Of a DNA stretch of 64,000 nt, positions 39,268 through 52,509 are shown piece after piece. The stretch is taken from contig CAWFQK010000004.1 in NCBI GenBank assembly GCA_963817955.1, positions 288,001 to 352,000 on the forward strand. Direction: 5' to 3'. Source of the stretch: an uncultured Gemmatimonadaceae bacterium (lineage in GTDB: Bacteria > Gemmatimonadota > Gemmatimonadetes > Gemmatimonadales > Gemmatimonadaceae). Positions within the stretch are counted from its first letter, which is position 1, and every line of letters begins with the position of its first letter. The notes beneath the pieces were generated by a model. It saw nothing but the letters and a program-made list of their open reading frames with translations, did no database searches and was not told where the DNA came from. Position numbers and translations under genes: made by a program.

Positions 39268-40051
39268 TGGCGGCCCCGGGCCGGCTCGTGCTACTGGGGC
39301 ATCCCGTCGCGCAATCGCTCTCGCCGCGCTTCCAGAACGCCGCGCTCGCTGCCGCCGGCATTTCGTTGCGCTACGAGGCGATCGACGTCGAACCGGTCGC
39401 ATTCGAAGGCGTGCTCGCGACACTGCGCGTCCAGCGTGCCGCGGGCAACGTCACCACACCACATAAGCAGCGCATTCACGATGCCTGCGATCTTCTCACG
39501 CCCTTGGCGACGCGCGTCGGCGCCGTGAACACGTTCTGGGTGGACGATGCGGGCCGGCTCGTCGGCGACAACAGCGACGTGGGCGGCTTCGACGCATCCG
39601 TGCGCATGCTGCTCAACCTCGCGCCGCGCGACCTCACCGTGGGCGTGATCGGCGCCGGCGGCGCAGCCGCGGCCGTGGTGGCCGCCGTGGAGCGCTGGCC
39701 AGGGTGCCTGGCGCACGTGTACAACCGCACGCCGGAGCGCGGACGGCTGCTCTGCGAGCGATTTGGCCCCATGGCGCAACCGGTCGATGACATTGGCGTG
39801 GTGGCCGGTGCCGACATTGTTGTGAATGCCAGCACAGTCGGCTTCCGCGACGACGACTTTCCCGTCGACCCACGGCTCATTGCGCCTGAGAGCGCGGTGG
39901 TCGACCTCGTCTACCGCCGCGGGGAGACGGCCTGGGTTCGCGCCGCGCGCGCGCGCGGCCATCGTGCCTGCGATGGCCTGGCCATGCTCATCGAGCAGGG
40001 CGCACTCTCGTTCGAGCGATGGTTCGGCGTGAGTGCGGATCGTACGGCAAT

Positions 40052-40076
<25 letters not shown>
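39264..40076 (+). CDS. aroE: Shikimate dehydrogenase
   Basis: GHPVAQSLSP, NVTTPHK, GAVNT, GAGGAA and DGLAMLIEQG. Confidence 0.93.
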
Positions 40077-41822
<1,746 letters not shown>

Positions 41823-41826
41823 CCCC

Positions 41827-43020
41827 ATGAAGCAAACCATTCGCGATCTACCGGACGATGTGGTGCGCGGCCGCCGCGCGCTCGTCCGCGTCGATTTCAA
41901 CGTCCCACTCGCCGCCGGCCGCGTGTCGGACGACACGCGCATCCGTGCCGCACTGCCAACCATTCGCGCGCTGCTCGACCGCGGCGCGCGCGTGATTCTG
42001 CTCTCGCATCTCGGCCGGCCGAAAGGGAAGCCAGAAGCGAAGTATTCGCTCGAGCCCGTGGCGCACCGGCTCGACGAACTGATGCCTGAGCAGCACGTGA
42101 TCTTCATCGAGTCCACCGATACCGATGAGGCCCAGAAGGCCACGCATGATCCGCATGCCCAAGTCGTGCTGCTCGAGAATACGCGCTTTCTCGGCGGCGA
42201 AGAGACGAACGACGAGCGGCTGTCGCGCAGCCTGGCGCAGCTCGGCGACTTCTACGTCAACGACGCCTTCGGCTCGGCGCACCGCGCCCACGCGTCCACA
42301 GAGGGCGTGGCGCACTACCTCAAACCTGCCGTCGCCGGCCTGCTCATGCAGAAGGAGCTCGACTACCTCGGCGGCGCATTAGACAATCCTAAAAGGCCGT
42401 TCGTCGCCATTCTTGGCGGCGCCAAGATTTCCGGCAAGATCGACGTCATTCAGCAGTTGTTGCCCAAGGTCGATCGGCTGGTGATCGGGGGCGCGATGGC
42501 CTGCACGTTCTTCAAGGCGATGGGACTCGAGACGGGCAAGTCGCTCGTCGAAGGGGATCGCGTCGACATGGCCAAGGATCTGCTCGCTCGCGCTGGCGAC
42601 AAGTTGCTCCTCCCCGTGGATGCCACGGTGGGCACGGCACTCGACGTCCCGGGCAGCGCGCACGCCGTGGCGCGCGACGCCATCCCGGCAACCGAAGCCA
42701 TGTTCGACATTGGTCCCATGTCATCGTCGCTATTTGCCGAAACTGTCGTCGCCGCGAAGACGATCGTCTGGAATGGACCGATGGGCGTATTCGAGACCAA
42801 GCCATTCGACGCCGGCACGCGCGCGGTAGCCGAGGCGATGGCCAAGGCGACTGTGCGTGGCGCCACGACAATTGTCGGTGGCGGTGATTCGGCCGCCGCC
42901 GTCGCGGAGTTTGGGTTGGAAAGCGGCATGAGCCATGTCTCCACGGGTGGCGGTGCGTCGCTCGAGTTTCTCGAGGGTAAAGTCCTGCCGGGCGTCGCCG
43001 CGCTCGACGACCAATGCTGA
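41827..43020 (+). CDS. pgk: Phosphoglycerate kinase
   Basis: RVDFNVP, SHLGRP, NDAFGSAHR and HVSTGGGASLE. Confidence 0.98.
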   Translation: MKQTIRDLPDDVVRGRRALVRVDFNVPLAAGRVSDDTRIRAALPTIRALLDRGARVILLSHLGRPKGKPEAKYSLEPVAHRLDELMPEQHVIFIESTDTDEAQKATHDPHAQVVLLENTRFLGGEETNDERLSRSLAQLGDFYVNDAFGSAHRAHASTEGVAHYLKPAVAGLLMQKELDYLGGALDNPKRPFVAILGGAKISGKIDVIQQLLPKVDRLVIGGAMACTFFKAMGLETGKSLVEGDRVDMAKDLLARAGDKLLLPVDATVGTALDVPGSAHAVARDAIPATEAMFDIGPMSSSLFAETVVAAKTIVWNGPMGVFETKPFDAGTRAVAEAMAKATVRGATTIVGGGDSAAAVAEFGLESGMSHVSTGGGASLEFLEGKVLPGVAALDDQC

Positions 43021-43769
43021 TGCGCAAACCGGTATTGGCGGCGAACTGGAAGATGAACATCGGTCCGGCCGAGGCGCGTGCGTTCATCGCGGCGTTCACC
43101 GCGCGATCGGTCCCGCGCACCGACCGGACAATCATCTTCTTTCCACCGGCGCTCTCCGTGACGACCGTCGTGCACGCACTCGGGAGTCGGGCAGATCTCG
43201 CGGTGGGCGTGCAGAACATCTGGACTGAGGACAAGGGCGCCTTCACGGGCGAGACTTCGGCTCCGATGGCGAAAGGGGCGGGCGCGCGCTACGTGCTCGT
43301 CGGTCACTCCGAGCGACGGCATGTGTTCGGTGAAACCGATGCGCAAACGGCGAAGAAGTGCGTCGCCGCCGCGCGGCATGGACTGGTCCCCATGCTCTGT
43401 ATTGGCGAGTTGCTTAGCGAACGAGAGGCCGGGCAGACGAATACCGTCGTGTTACGGCAGCTGCGCGCTGGGATCGCCGATCTGTCCAATGACGTAGTCG
43501 CCAGCATGGCCATCGCGTATGAGCCCGTTTGGGCCATCGGGACGGGAAAGACGGCAACGCCCGCGGATGCGTCCGCTGTGCACCACGAGATTCGCGTGCT
43601 GCTGCGCGAGCGACTGGGCGACCGTGCCGACGATGTCCCGATTCTCTATGGGGGAAGCGTCAATACGGCGAATGCCGCCGTGCTCCTTGGCACGCAAGAG
43701 GTGGATGGCGTGCTGGTGGGCGGCGCGAGCCTCGACGTGGAAGGGTGGTCGTCGATCTGCGACACTTGA
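43020..43769 (+). CDS. tpiA: Triosephosphate isomerase
   Basis: ANWKM, GHSERR, AYEPVWAIGTG and VGGASL. Confidence 0.98.
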   Translation: MRKPVLAANWKMNIGPAEARAFIAAFTARSVPRTDRTIIFFPPALSVTTVVHALGSRADLAVGVQNIWTEDKGAFTGETSAPMAKGAGARYVLVGHSERRHVFGETDAQTAKKCVAAARHGLVPMLCIGELLSEREAGQTNTVVLRQLRAGIADLSNDVVASMAIAYEPVWAIGTGKTATPADASAVHHEIRVLLRERLGDRADDVPILYGGSVNTANAAVLLGTQEVDGVLVGGASLDVEGWSSICDT

Positions 43770-43828
43770 CGCAACGCGCTAAGTACTGTGATATTTAAGG
43801 CTTACATCACGCCAACAGAGCCGCCTCG

Positions 43829-44269
43829 ATGTTGTATACCATTCTCCTCGTCCTGCTCGTCATCGATAGCATCGTCCTCATCTCTGCCGTGCTCCTACAG
43901 GCTGGACAGGGAGGTGGCATGGCTGCGTCCTTTGGGGGCGTCAGCAGTTCGGCGAGTTCCTTTCTTGGCACCCGTCAGACCGGCAACCTGCTGACGAAGG
44001 CAAGCTGGTGGTGCGGCGGCCTGTTCCTCGGCCTGTCGTTCCTGCTCTCGCTGGCGTCGACGCACAGCCGCGCGCCGAAATCAGTTCTTGATCAGAGCTT
44101 CAAGACACCGCCCCCGGTATCGTCGCCAGTCAATGCGGCTCCAGGCGGCGTGAACCCGGCAGTACCGCTCTCGCCGGTGCCGTCGAACGCAGCTCCGGCT
44201 GGCGCTCAACCGGCGCCGACGACCCAGACGGCGCCCGCCAAGAGCGCTCCCGCGACCAAGAAGCCATAG
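43829..44269 (+). CDS. secG: Preprotein translocase subunit SecG
   Basis: Two TMs around LLQAGQGGGMAASFGG; tpiA-secG synteny. Confidence 0.92.
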   Translation: MLYTILLVLLVIDSIVLISAVLLQAGQGGGMAASFGGVSSSASSFLGTRQTGNLLTKASWWCGGLFLGLSFLLSLASTHSRAPKSVLDQSFKTPPPVSSPVNAAPGGVNPAVPLSPVPSNAAPAGAQPAPTTQTAPAKSAPATKKP

Positions 44270-44276
44270 CGCGAAC

Positions 44277-45410
44277 GTGACCCTACGTCGCGGACATCCA
44301 GGGTTCCTCCTCCTCGAGGATGGAACCCTGTTTCGTGGAAGCCTGATCGGTCACCAGGAGCCGACGGTGGCTGAAGTCGTGTTCACCACGAACATGAGCG
44401 GCTATCAGGAAGTATTCACCGATCCGTCGTATCGCGGCCAAACGGTTGTGATGACGGCGCCGATGATCGGCAACTACGGCGTGAATGCATCCGATCCTGA
44501 GTCATCGGATGCCCAAATCGCGGGCGTCGTGGTGCGCGAGATGTCCCGCGCGTATTCGAACTGGCGTGCCGACGGCGATCTGCTCTCGTGGCTTGATGCC
44601 GCTCATGTGCCGGTGCTCGAAGAAGTTGATACGCGTCGCCTCACGCGGTATCTGAGAACCGCGGGCTCCATGCGCGGCGTGATCGCGCCAGGGACGGCAC
44701 CGACGCGCGAAGCACTCGCGGCGCTAGACGCGTGCCCGCCCATGGAAGGACTCGACCTCGCGTCCGTGGTGACGACGCCTGAGCCGTACACGTTTGGGAA
44801 TGCAGACGCACCATACCACATTGTGGCGTATGACTACGGCATCAAGCGCAACATTCTGCGCCTGTTCGCCGAACACGACTGTCGCGTTACGGTCGTTCCG
44901 GCCAAGACGCCGGCCGAGGCCGTACTCGCGATGAAGCCAAACGGTGTCTTCCTCTCCAACGGCCCTGGAGATCCTGCCGCGGTATCGTACGCACCGGACA
45001 CCGTGCGTTCGATCGCCGAGCAGAATGTGCCGATCTTCGGTATCTGCCTGGGGCATCAGATCTTGGCGCTCACATATGGTGCGCGCACAGAGAAAATGCC
45101 CTATGGTCACCGCGGTGGAAATCACCCGGTGAAGGAGCTCGCCACTGGCCGTGTGCTGATCACCGCGCAGAATCATGGGTTTTCCGTTGCAGGCGAGGAA
45201 TCCGCGATCCCCGGCGCGCCGGACTTGAGGGTGACTCACGTGAACCTCAACGATGGCTCAGTCGAGGGTCTTCGTCACCGAGAGAAGCCGATCTTTGCCG
45301 TGCAGTATCATCCGGAAGCCGCGCCAGGACCGCATGACGGGCGCCCGATGTTCGACGACTTCATGGAAACCGTCCGTTCACACGCTGGCCTAAGTGGCCC
45401 AAACTCTTGA
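44277..45410 (+). CDS. carA: Carbamoyl-phosphate synthase small subunit
   Basis: GYQEVFTDPSY, SNGPGDP, GICLGHQ and QYHPEA. Confidence 0.97.
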   Translation: MTLRRGHPGFLLLEDGTLFRGSLIGHQEPTVAEVVFTTNMSGYQEVFTDPSYRGQTVVMTAPMIGNYGVNASDPESSDAQIAGVVVREMSRAYSNWRADGDLLSWLDAAHVPVLEEVDTRRLTRYLRTAGSMRGVIAPGTAPTREALAALDACPPMEGLDLASVVTTPEPYTFGNADAPYHIVAYDYGIKRNILRLFAEHDCRVTVVPAKTPAEAVLAMKPNGVFLSNGPGDPAAVSYAPDTVRSIAEQNVPIFGICLGHQILALTYGARTEKMPYGHRGGNHPVKELATGRVLITAQNHGFSVAGEESAIPGAPDLRVTHVNLNDGSVEGLRHREKPIFAVQYHPEAAPGPHDGRPMFDDFMETVRSHAGLSGPNS

Positions 45411-45436
45411 CACATAAGAGTTAACGTCGCTAAGTT
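45407..45436 (+). promoter_or_regulatory. Sigma70-type promoter upstream of HU/IHF gene
   Basis: TTGACA-N18-TAAGTT; the -35 box overlaps the carA TGA. Confidence 0.6.
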
Positions 45437-45484
45437 CGGTATGCGTCTCCGGCTCCCCGGGCGCTTGAACACGAGGCATTTCGC

Positions 45485-45826
45485 ATGACCAAAGCCGACC
45501 TGGTCGAAAGAGTCACAGCCCAGATTTCCCGCACGGCTGGGCCGATGATTTCCAAGAAAGATTGCGCTCGCGTCGTCGACGCCTTCCTCGAGTCCATCAA
45601 GGAAGCTCTGCAGGCTCAAAAGAACATCGAAGTGCGCGGGTTTGGCACCTTCAAGATTCGACACCGCAAGACGCGGATGGCTCGAAACCCACGGACGGGC
45701 TCGCCAGTCGAAGTTTCAGCCCGACCGGTTCCGGTTTTCAAGCCATCCAAGGAGTTGCGCGCCATGGTTGCGGGTGTCGACATCTCGCAGCTCGAGGACG
45801 ACATCGAGGAAATGTCGGAAGCGTAA
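45485..45826 (+). CDS. HU/IHF family DNA-binding protein
   Basis: MTKADLV, IEVRGFGTF, ARNPRTG and PVFKPSKEL. Confidence 0.95.
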   Translation: MTKADLVERVTAQISRTAGPMISKKDCARVVDAFLESIKEALQAQKNIEVRGFGTFKIRHRKTRMARNPRTGSPVEVSARPVPVFKPSKELRAMVAGVDISQLEDDIEEMSEA

Positions 45827-45921
45827 GCACTGCAGTGTCATGCATGTACACGGCTCGATGCCACGCGGCATCGGGCCGTCGTCGTCTTCCCACCATGAGC
45901 GTGTTCAGGTAGCATCAAATC

Positions 45922-46164
45922 ATGACTGTGACCGTGCTGCTCTTCGCATCGTATGCCGACACCATTGGAACGGATTCGATGTCGATCGACGTGTCCGCGG
46001 GCGCTACAGTCGCGGACGTCATCGGTCATGTGCGCGCGCTTCCCGGTGCCCAGTGTCTGCCGCCTGATCCGCTCGTCGCGGTAAACGAATGCTACGCCCG
46101 TCGCGATCGAGTGCTCGCGGCGGGCGACGAAATGGCCATCATTCCACCGGTTGCAGGTGGCTGA
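45922..46164 (+). CDS. moaD: Molybdopterin synthase sulfur carrier subunit
   Basis: VLLFA...AVN...IIPPVAGG with C-terminal GG. Confidence 0.93.
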   Translation: MTVTVLLFASYADTIGTDSMSIDVSAGATVADVIGHVRALPGAQCLPPDPLVAVNECYARRDRVLAAGDEMAIIPPVAGG

Positions 46165-46655
46165 TGCGTACTGCAATGGTCGACCGTTCGATCGATGCCG
46201 CGGCGCTTGCGGATGAGGTGGCGCGCTACGCAAACGGCGCGACCGTGGTCTTCATCGGCACGGTGCGGGATGTTAACGACGGACGTGCGGTGAGTGGCAT
46301 GGAGTACCGCGCCTACCGCTCGATGGCCGAGCGCGAGCTCGCCGATATCGTGCGCGAGGCATGCGAACGTTTCAGCACGATGGATATCGTTGTCGAACAT
46401 CGGCTTGGCACGCTCGGTCTGGGCGACACCAGCGTCGCGATCGCCGTCGCACATCCACACCGCGGGGCTGCATTCGACGCGAGCCGCTACGTCATTGAAC
46501 AGTTGAAGCAACGCGTGCCGATCTGGAAGCTCGAGCACTACGCCGACGGCACGCGCCAATGGGTCGGGGCAGGAAGGACCCCCGACACGAAGCGCGAAAC
46601 ACTGGACGTGACGAACGAGCCACGGGACACGCGACAGGAGACGAGCGATGTCTGA
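46164..46655 (+). CDS. moaE: Molybdopterin synthase catalytic subunit
   Basis: GATVVFIGTVR, HRLG, HR..AF and LKQRVPIWKLE. Confidence 0.95.
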   Translation: MRTAMVDRSIDAAALADEVARYANGATVVFIGTVRDVNDGRAVSGMEYRAYRSMAERELADIVREACERFSTMDIVVEHRLGTLGLGDTSVAIAVAHPHRGAAFDASRYVIEQLKQRVPIWKLEHYADGTRQWVGAGRTPDTKRETLDVTNEPRDTRQETSDV

Positions 46656-47667
46656 GCACGCATCCCCAAACCCGGCGCCCGCGTCTCAAGTCACGCTGCG
46701 CGATCAGTTCGGCCGCAGTATTGAATACCTTCGCATCTCGGTCACCGACCGATGCAACTTCCGCTGCGTCTACTGCATGCCGGAGGTCGGAATGCAGTGG
46801 CTCCCGAAGGCGCAGATCTTGTCGTACGAAGAGATCGCCGAAGTGGTGCGCCAGCTCGCGCCACTCGGATTGCGCCGGTTGCGCATCACCGGCGGCGAAC
46901 CGACGATTCGCCCGCAGATTCACGAGCTCATTCGCATGCTGCGCGCGATTCCGGGCATCACCGACATCGCGTTGTCAACGAACGGCGTCCGTCTGCCCGA
47001 GTTGTCGCAGACGCTGCGCGACACGGGACTCGACCGCATCAACATGAGCGTCGACAGTCTGCGCGCCGATCGCATCAGCGAGATTGCGCGGCGCAATCTC
47101 GGATTTGATCCGGTGCGCGCGGCGCGCGCGGCGGAGGACGCTGGACTGGATCCGATCAAGCTGAACACGGTGGTGATGCGCGGTGTGAACGATGACGAGA
47201 TCGAAGATCTCGCGCGATTGACGATTGATCATCCATGGCATGTTCGGTTCATCGAGCTGATGCCGGTGGGCGACATGCGCGGGCTCACATGGGAGCACGT
47301 AGTACCGAGCGCTGAGATACTCGCCCGTCTGTGCGCGGTGGCACCGCTGGCGTCGGCCGCGGGACCGATGAAGGGCAATGGACCGGCCGAGTACTATCAG
47401 TGGGCGGGTGCCGCTGGCACGATCGGCGTCATCACGCCGATGACGCACACGTATTGCGCATCGTGCAATCGCGTGCGCCTCACCGCGGATGGACGCCTGC
47501 GCACGTGTCTCTTCGGCGATCACGAGGTGGACTTGCGAGAACCGTTGCGCGCTGGCCAGGCGCTGGAGCCGCTGTTTCGCTTGGCATTAGCGGACAAGCC
47601 CAAGGAGCATTCCCTCTTGCAGTTGAAGGTCGGCGGCCTGCGAGCGCTCTCGCAGGTCGGCGGGTGA
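46648..47667 (+). CDS. moaA: GTP 3',8-cyclase
   Basis: YLRISVTDRCNFRCVYC, TGGEP, CASCNRVR...C and C-terminal GG. Confidence 0.97.
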   Translation: MSEHASPNPAPASQVTLRDQFGRSIEYLRISVTDRCNFRCVYCMPEVGMQWLPKAQILSYEEIAEVVRQLAPLGLRRLRITGGEPTIRPQIHELIRMLRAIPGITDIALSTNGVRLPELSQTLRDTGLDRINMSVDSLRADRISEIARRNLGFDPVRAARAAEDAGLDPIKLNTVVMRGVNDDEIEDLARLTIDHPWHVRFIELMPVGDMRGLTWEHVVPSAEILARLCAVAPLASAAGPMKGNGPAEYYQWAGAAGTIGVITPMTHTYCASCNRVRLTADGRLRTCLFGDHEVDLREPLRAGQALEPLFRLALADKPKEHSLLQLKVGGLRALSQVGG

Positions 47668-47735
47668 ACCGCCGTTCACCTCACAGACCAGCTTGATTAG
47701 GTTTCGCTCCGTACTCACCTCCAAGCGAAACAATC

Positions 47736-48665
47736 ATGGTCACCAAGATTACGGTCGTCGGCGCGGGGAATGTCGGCGCGACGACCGCGCAACGTGTTGC
47801 GGAGAAGGAGTTGGCCCGCACTGTCGTGATGGTCGATGTGGTCGAGGGGATTCCGCAGGGAAAGGGACTCGACCAGTGGCAGTCCGCGCCCATTGAAGGC
47901 TTCGACTCCCGCATCGTCGGCACGAACCGGTACGAGGAAACTGCCGGATCCGATATCGTCATCATCACCGCCGGCATCGCGCGAAAGCCCGGCATGTCTC
48001 GTGATGATTTGCTCAATACCAATGCAGGCATCGTCAAGCAGGTCTGCGAGCAGATCCGGCAGACGTCGCCGAACGCGATTGTCATCATCGTATCGAATCC
48101 GCTCGACGTGATGTGCTACGTCGCGAAGCAGGTCACCGGATTCCCGCGCGAGCGGATCCTCGGCATGGCCGGCGTGCTCGACACGGCGCGGTACCGCGGA
48201 TTCCTCGCCGAGGCGCTCGACGTCTCAGTCCGCGACATCCAGGCGATGGTGCTCGGCGGTCACGGTGATACGATGGTGCCGCTGGTTTCCTACACCAGCG
48301 TGAGCGGCATCCCGATCACGCAGCTCATGGCCAAGGACAAGTTGGACGCGATCCTCGACCGCACGCGCAACGGCGGCGCCGAGATCGTGAAGCATCTGAA
48401 GACGGGATCAGCGTATTACGCCCCGTCAGCTGGCGCCGTGCAGATGGCCGAGGCGATCGTGAACGATCAGCGCCGGATTCTGCCATGCGCCGCGTGGCTT
48501 CAGGGCGAATACGGCATGAAGGATCTCTTCCTTGGCGTGCCGTGCAAGCTTGGTCGCAACGGTCTCGAGAAGATCATCGAGGTCGAGCTCACTCCGGACG
48601 AACGCAAGTCGCTCGAGAAGAGTGCGGCTGCCGTCCGCGAGCCGATGCAGGCGGTCAAGCTCTAG
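47736..48665 (+). CDS. mdh: Malate dehydrogenase
   Basis: [27 protein letters not shown] and GGAEIV...SAYYAP. Confidence 0.96.
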   Translation: MVTKITVVGAGNVGATTAQRVAEKELARTVVMVDVVEGIPQGKGLDQWQSAPIEGFDSRIVGTNRYEETAGSDIVIITAGIARKPGMSRDDLLNTNAGIVKQVCEQIRQTSPNAIVIIVSNPLDVMCYVAKQVTGFPRERILGMAGVLDTARYRGFLAEALDVSVRDIQAMVLGGHGDTMVPLVSYTSVSGIPITQLMAKDKLDAILDRTRNGGAEIVKHLKTGSAYYAPSAGAVQMAEAIVNDQRRILPCAAWLQGEYGMKDLFLGVPCKLGRNGLEKIIEVELTPDERKSLEKSAAAVREPMQAVKL

Positions 48666-48690
48666 CACGTAGGGTTGAGTTTCGCGGGTT

Positions 48691-48732
48691 GAAGGTGGAG
48701 GAAGGAACACGCGCGACCTTCCTCCAACCTTC
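48691..48732. repeat. Intergenic inverted repeat between mdh and sdhC
   Basis: GAAGGTGGAGGAAGG ... CCTTCCTCCAACCTTC, with no U tract. Confidence 0.7.
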
Positions 48733-48761
48733 GTTCCTCACCTCTCCACCCTGACCTGTCT

Positions 48762-49442
48762 ATGAATTTCTTTGCGTTTTACCGATCTACGATCGGCAAG
48801 AAGATCATTATGGGAATCACGGGGCTGATCGGCATCGGCTTCGTCATTCTGCACATGGCGGGCAACATGCAGGTCTTTATGGGCGCCGCGAAGATCAACG
48901 GGTACGGCGCCATGCTCCACGGCCCGCTGGCCGAGTTGACGTGGGTGCTCCGCCTGGTGCTCATTGCCGCCGTCGTTCTGCACGTGCTGATGGCGTACCA
49001 GCTGTGGCAGATCTCCAACGCGGCACGCCCAATCGGCTACCAAAAGAAGGTGGCGCAGGCAGCGACGCTTGCCTCCCGGACCATGAAGTGGGGCGGCGTC
49101 TTGTTGCTCATCTTCATTGTCTTCCACATCCTGCACTTCACCACCGACCAAATTGATCCGGCCGGCTGGCGAGGCATGACGGACAATGAGGGCCAGCGTG
49201 ACGTCTACGGCAACATCGTCGCGAGCTTCCACATTTGGTGGGTGGCGCTCTTCTACATCGTCGCCATGCTCGCACTCGGACTGCATCTGTATCACGGCGC
49301 ATGGGCATCACTGCGCACGCTGGGCTATGCCAAACCGTCGCCCCATCCACTCCACCGCCGCATCGCGCTCGTCGTCGCGGTGATCGTGTGGCTCGGCTTC
49401 ACGCTTCTTCCGGTCGGCGTACTCGCCGGCATTCTCCGATAA
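48762..49442 (+). CDS. sdhC: Succinate dehydrogenase cytochrome b subunit (single 5-TM anchor)
   Basis: [13 protein letters not shown]; heme-ligand His residues (LHM, LHV, FHILH, LHLYHG). Confidence 0.92.
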   Translation: MNFFAFYRSTIGKKIIMGITGLIGIGFVILHMAGNMQVFMGAAKINGYGAMLHGPLAELTWVLRLVLIAAVVLHVLMAYQLWQISNAARPIGYQKKVAQAATLASRTMKWGGVLLLIFIVFHILHFTTDQIDPAGWRGMTDNEGQRDVYGNIVASFHIWWVALFYIVAMLALGLHLYHGAWASLRTLGYAKPSPHPLHRRIALVVAVIVWLGFTLLPVGVLAGILR

Positions 49443-49447
49443 GCGCC

Positions 49448-51364
49448 ATGGAACTGCGATCCAAGACCCCCTCCGGGCCGATCGAGAAGCAGTGGGACAA
49501 GCACCGCTTCGAGATGAAGCTGGTCAATCCCGCCAACAAGCGGAAATACACCGTCATCGTCGTGGGCTCGGGACTCGCCGGCGGCGCGGCCGCCGCGTCG
49601 CTCAGCGAGCTTGGCTACAACGTCAAGTGCTTTTGCTACCAGGATTCCCCCCGTCGGGCGCACAGCATCGCTGCCCAGGGCGGCATCAATGCCGCAAAGA
49701 ATTATCAGAACGACGGCGACAGCGTCCAGCGCCTGTTCTACGACACGGTGAAGGGCGGTGATTTCCGTGCCCGCGAGTCGAACGTCTATCGCCTCGCACA
49801 GATCAGCGTGAGCATCATCGACCAGTGTGTCGCGCAAGGCGTGCCGTTCGCGCGTGAATACGGCGGCCTCTTGGCCAACCGCTCGTTCGGCGGCGCGCAG
49901 GTGTCGCGCACGTTCTACGCGCGTGGGCAGACCGGGCAGCAGTTGCTCCTCGGGTGCTATCAGGCATTGGAAAAGGAAGTTGCCAAGGGTGGCGTGACGA
50001 TGTATCCGCGCACCGAAATGCTCGACGTGGTCGTCGTCGACGGCCACGCGCGCGGCATCGTGGTCCGCAACATGGTGAGCGGCGCGATCGAGACGCATCT
50101 CGCCGACGCGGTGATCCTCGGCACCGGTGGCTACGCCAACGTTTTCTATCTTTCGACCAACGCCAAAGGCTGCAACGCCACGGCGATCTGGCGCGCCTAC
50201 CGGCGCGGAGCCGCGTTTGCGAATCCGTGCTTCACGCAGATCCATCCAACATGTATTCCGGTGGCCGGCGAGCATCAGTCCAAGCTCACGCTGATGTCGG
50301 AATCGCTGCGCAACGATGGGCGCGTGTGGGTGCCGAAGCGCAAAGAGGACTGCGGCAAGCGTCCACAGGACATTCCGGAAGCGGATCGCGACTACTATCT
50401 CGAGCGGAAGTACCCAAGCTTCGGGAACCTGTCGCCGCGCGACATCGCATCGCGGGCTGCGAAGGAAGCGTGCGACGATGGCCGCGGCGTCGGCCCGGGC
50501 GGCCGCGGCGTGTATCTCGATTTCGCCGACGCCATTCGCCGCCTCGGCAAGGATCAAATCGCCGAGCGGTACGGCAACCTGTTCGAGATGTACCAACGCA
50601 TCACGGATGAGAATCCGTATGAAGTGCCCATGCGCATCTACCCAGCACCGCACTACACGATGGGCGGTTTGTGGGTCGATTACAACTTGATGAGCACCAT
50701 CCCGGGTCTGCACGTGATCGGCGAGGCGAATTTCTCCGACCACGGCGCCAACCGTCTTGGCGCGAGCGCGCTGATGCAGGGGCTTTCGGACGGATACTTC
50801 GTCGTGCCCGTCACGATCGGCGACTACATCAGCACCAGCAAGCTCGAGCCAGTGACCGCCGATCACCCCGATGTCAAGGCAACGGAAGCCGCCGTGCGCG
50901 CGCGCACGGAGAAGCTGTTGTCGATTCAGGGTACGCGCACGGTCACGTCGTTCCACCGCGAGTTGGGCCGCATCATGTGGGAGCACTGCGGCATGGCACG
51001 CGACGCCGCGGGACTCAAGCAGGCGCTGGAACTCATTCCACGGCTACGCGAGGAATTCTGGCGCGACGTCCGTGTGCCCGGCGGTGGCGCGGAGCTCAAT
51101 CAGTCGCTCGAGTACGCCGGCCGCGTCGCTGATTTCTTCGAACTTGCCGAGTTGATGTGCATTGACGCGCTGCATCGTGAAGAGTCGTGCGGCGGGCATT
51201 TCCGGAAGGAGCACCAGACACCCGACGGTGAAGCGTTGCGCCACGACGACCGGTTCGCCTACGCGGCGGCATGGGAATTCGCCGGCGACAACAGCGCGCC
51301 GGTCCTGAACAAGGAGCCGCTGACCTTCGAGAACATCGCGTTGTCACAGCGGAGCTACAAATAA
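49448..51364 (+). CDS. sdhA: Succinate dehydrogenase/fumarate reductase flavoprotein
   Basis: [30 protein letters not shown] and HGANRLG. Confidence 0.96.
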   Translation: MELRSKTPSGPIEKQWDKHRFEMKLVNPANKRKYTVIVVGSGLAGGAAAASLSELGYNVKCFCYQDSPRRAHSIAAQGGINAAKNYQNDGDSVQRLFYDTVKGGDFRARESNVYRLAQISVSIIDQCVAQGVPFAREYGGLLANRSFGGAQVSRTFYARGQTGQQLLLGCYQALEKEVAKGGVTMYPRTEMLDVVVVDGHARGIVVRNMVSGAIETHLADAVILGTGGYANVFYLSTNAKGCNATAIWRAYRRGAAFANPCFTQIHPTCIPVAGEHQSKLTLMSESLRNDGRVWVPKRKEDCGKRPQDIPEADRDYYLERKYPSFGNLSPRDIASRAAKEACDDGRGVGPGGRGVYLDFADAIRRLGKDQIAERYGNLFEMYQRITDENPYEVPMRIYPAPHYTMGGLWVDYNLMSTIPGLHVIGEANFSDHGANRLGASALMQGLSDGYFVVPVTIGDYISTSKLEPVTADHPDVKATEAAVRARTEKLLSIQGTRTVTSFHRELGRIMWEHCGMARDAAGLKQALELIPRLREEFWRDVRVPGGGAELNQSLEYAGRVADFFELAELMCIDALHREESCGGHFRKEHQTPDGEALRHDDRFAYAAAWEFAGDNSAPVLNKEPLTFENIALSQRSYK

Positions 51365-51366
51365 TT

Positions 51367-52140
51367 ATGAATCTCACTCTCTACGTGTGGCGGCAGACGG
51401 GCCCGAATGCCGGCGGCAAGCTGGAGCGCTACGACGCGCGCGACATCAGCGCGGACATGTCGTTCCTCGAAATGCTCGACGTCGTCAATGAGGGACTCAT
51501 CGGCGGCGGCCAGATGCCGATTGCCTTCGACCACGATTGCCGCGAAGGCATTTGCGGATCGTGCGGCATGATGATCAACGGCGTGGCGCATGGCCCCATG
51601 AAAGGCACCGCGACCTGCCAGCTCCACATGCGCAGCTTCGAAGATGGCGCGGAGATCTACATCGAGCCGTGGCGGGCGAAGGCGTTCCCGGTGATCAAGG
51701 ACCTCGTGGTGAACCGCGGCGCGCTGGACCGGATCATTGCGTCGGGCGGATTCATCAGTGTTCCGACGGGCAGTCCGCAGGATGCGAACAACCTCCCGGT
51801 GCCCAAGCAGTGCGCGGACGAGTCGATGGATGCCGCGGCATGCATCGGCTGTGGGGCCTGCGTAGCGGCATGCCCAAACGGCTCGGCATCGCTGTTCACC
51901 GCGGCGAAGATCTCTCACCTCGGATTGCTGCCGCAGGGGCAGCCCGAGCGCTATCGCCGCGCCGGGCACATGGTGTCACAAATGGACATCGAGGGCTTCG
52001 GACATTGCACGCTGCACGGTGAGTGTCAGGAAGCCTGTCCCAAGGAGATCAGCATTGATACCATCACGCGCATGAACCGGGATTACGCGGTCGCGTCGCT
52101 CACGGCGCGCGAGGAGAAGGCGGCGAGCGACGGGGGCTGA
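51367..52140 (+). CDS. sdhB: Succinate dehydrogenase iron-sulfur subunit
   Basis: [22 protein letters not shown] and [12 protein letters not shown]. Confidence 0.96.
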   Translation: MNLTLYVWRQTGPNAGGKLERYDARDISADMSFLEMLDVVNEGLIGGGQMPIAFDHDCREGICGSCGMMINGVAHGPMKGTATCQLHMRSFEDGAEIYIEPWRAKAFPVIKDLVVNRGALDRIIASGGFISVPTGSPQDANNLPVPKQCADESMDAAACIGCGACVAACPNGSASLFTAAKISHLGLLPQGQPERYRRAGHMVSQMDIEGFGHCTLHGECQEACPKEISIDTITRMNRDYAVASLTAREEKAASDGG

Positions 52141-52223
52141 ACCCGCCGTTCGTAGCGGATGCACGCGGTGGCGCGCCGCGTGCATCCGCACCAGGCCTCG
52201 AGGCCAATCAACCCGAGGCGTCC

Positions 52224-52484
52224 ATGACGAGTCCACGACCGCGCGATCAGGGCGAGCAGATTCCGCAGGAGAGCCACCCCAATACCCAAGCCGAGCTCGG
52301 CGGAGCTGACGCGGTACAAAAGACGACATATGTGGTTGGTGAGAGCGCGGACCCGGACCGGCAGCATCGTCCTGGCACGGTCACGCCGCGTGTCAGCGCC
52401 GGCGGACGGAGTCCCCTCATGTGGATAGTCGTCGCGGTGATCGTGCTACTGGCCTTGTGGTACGCCGCCGGCATGTTCCGGTAG
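52224..52484 (+). CDS. Small hypothetical protein with C-terminal TM
   Basis: 86-aa ORF with GAGG SD upstream and C-terminal hydrophobic helix. Confidence 0.55.
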   Translation: MTSPRPRDQGEQIPQESHPNTQAELGGADAVQKTTYVVGESADPDRQHRPGTVTPRVSAGGRSPLMWIVVAVIVLLALWYAAGMFR

Positions 52485-52509
52485 CAGTCCCGCCGCTCGG
52501 CACACCGCC

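Noticed and set aside
44277..45410. carA without adjacent carB as a novel stand-alone amidotransferase
   Set aside because: Split carA and carB loci are common, and the protein looks canonical.
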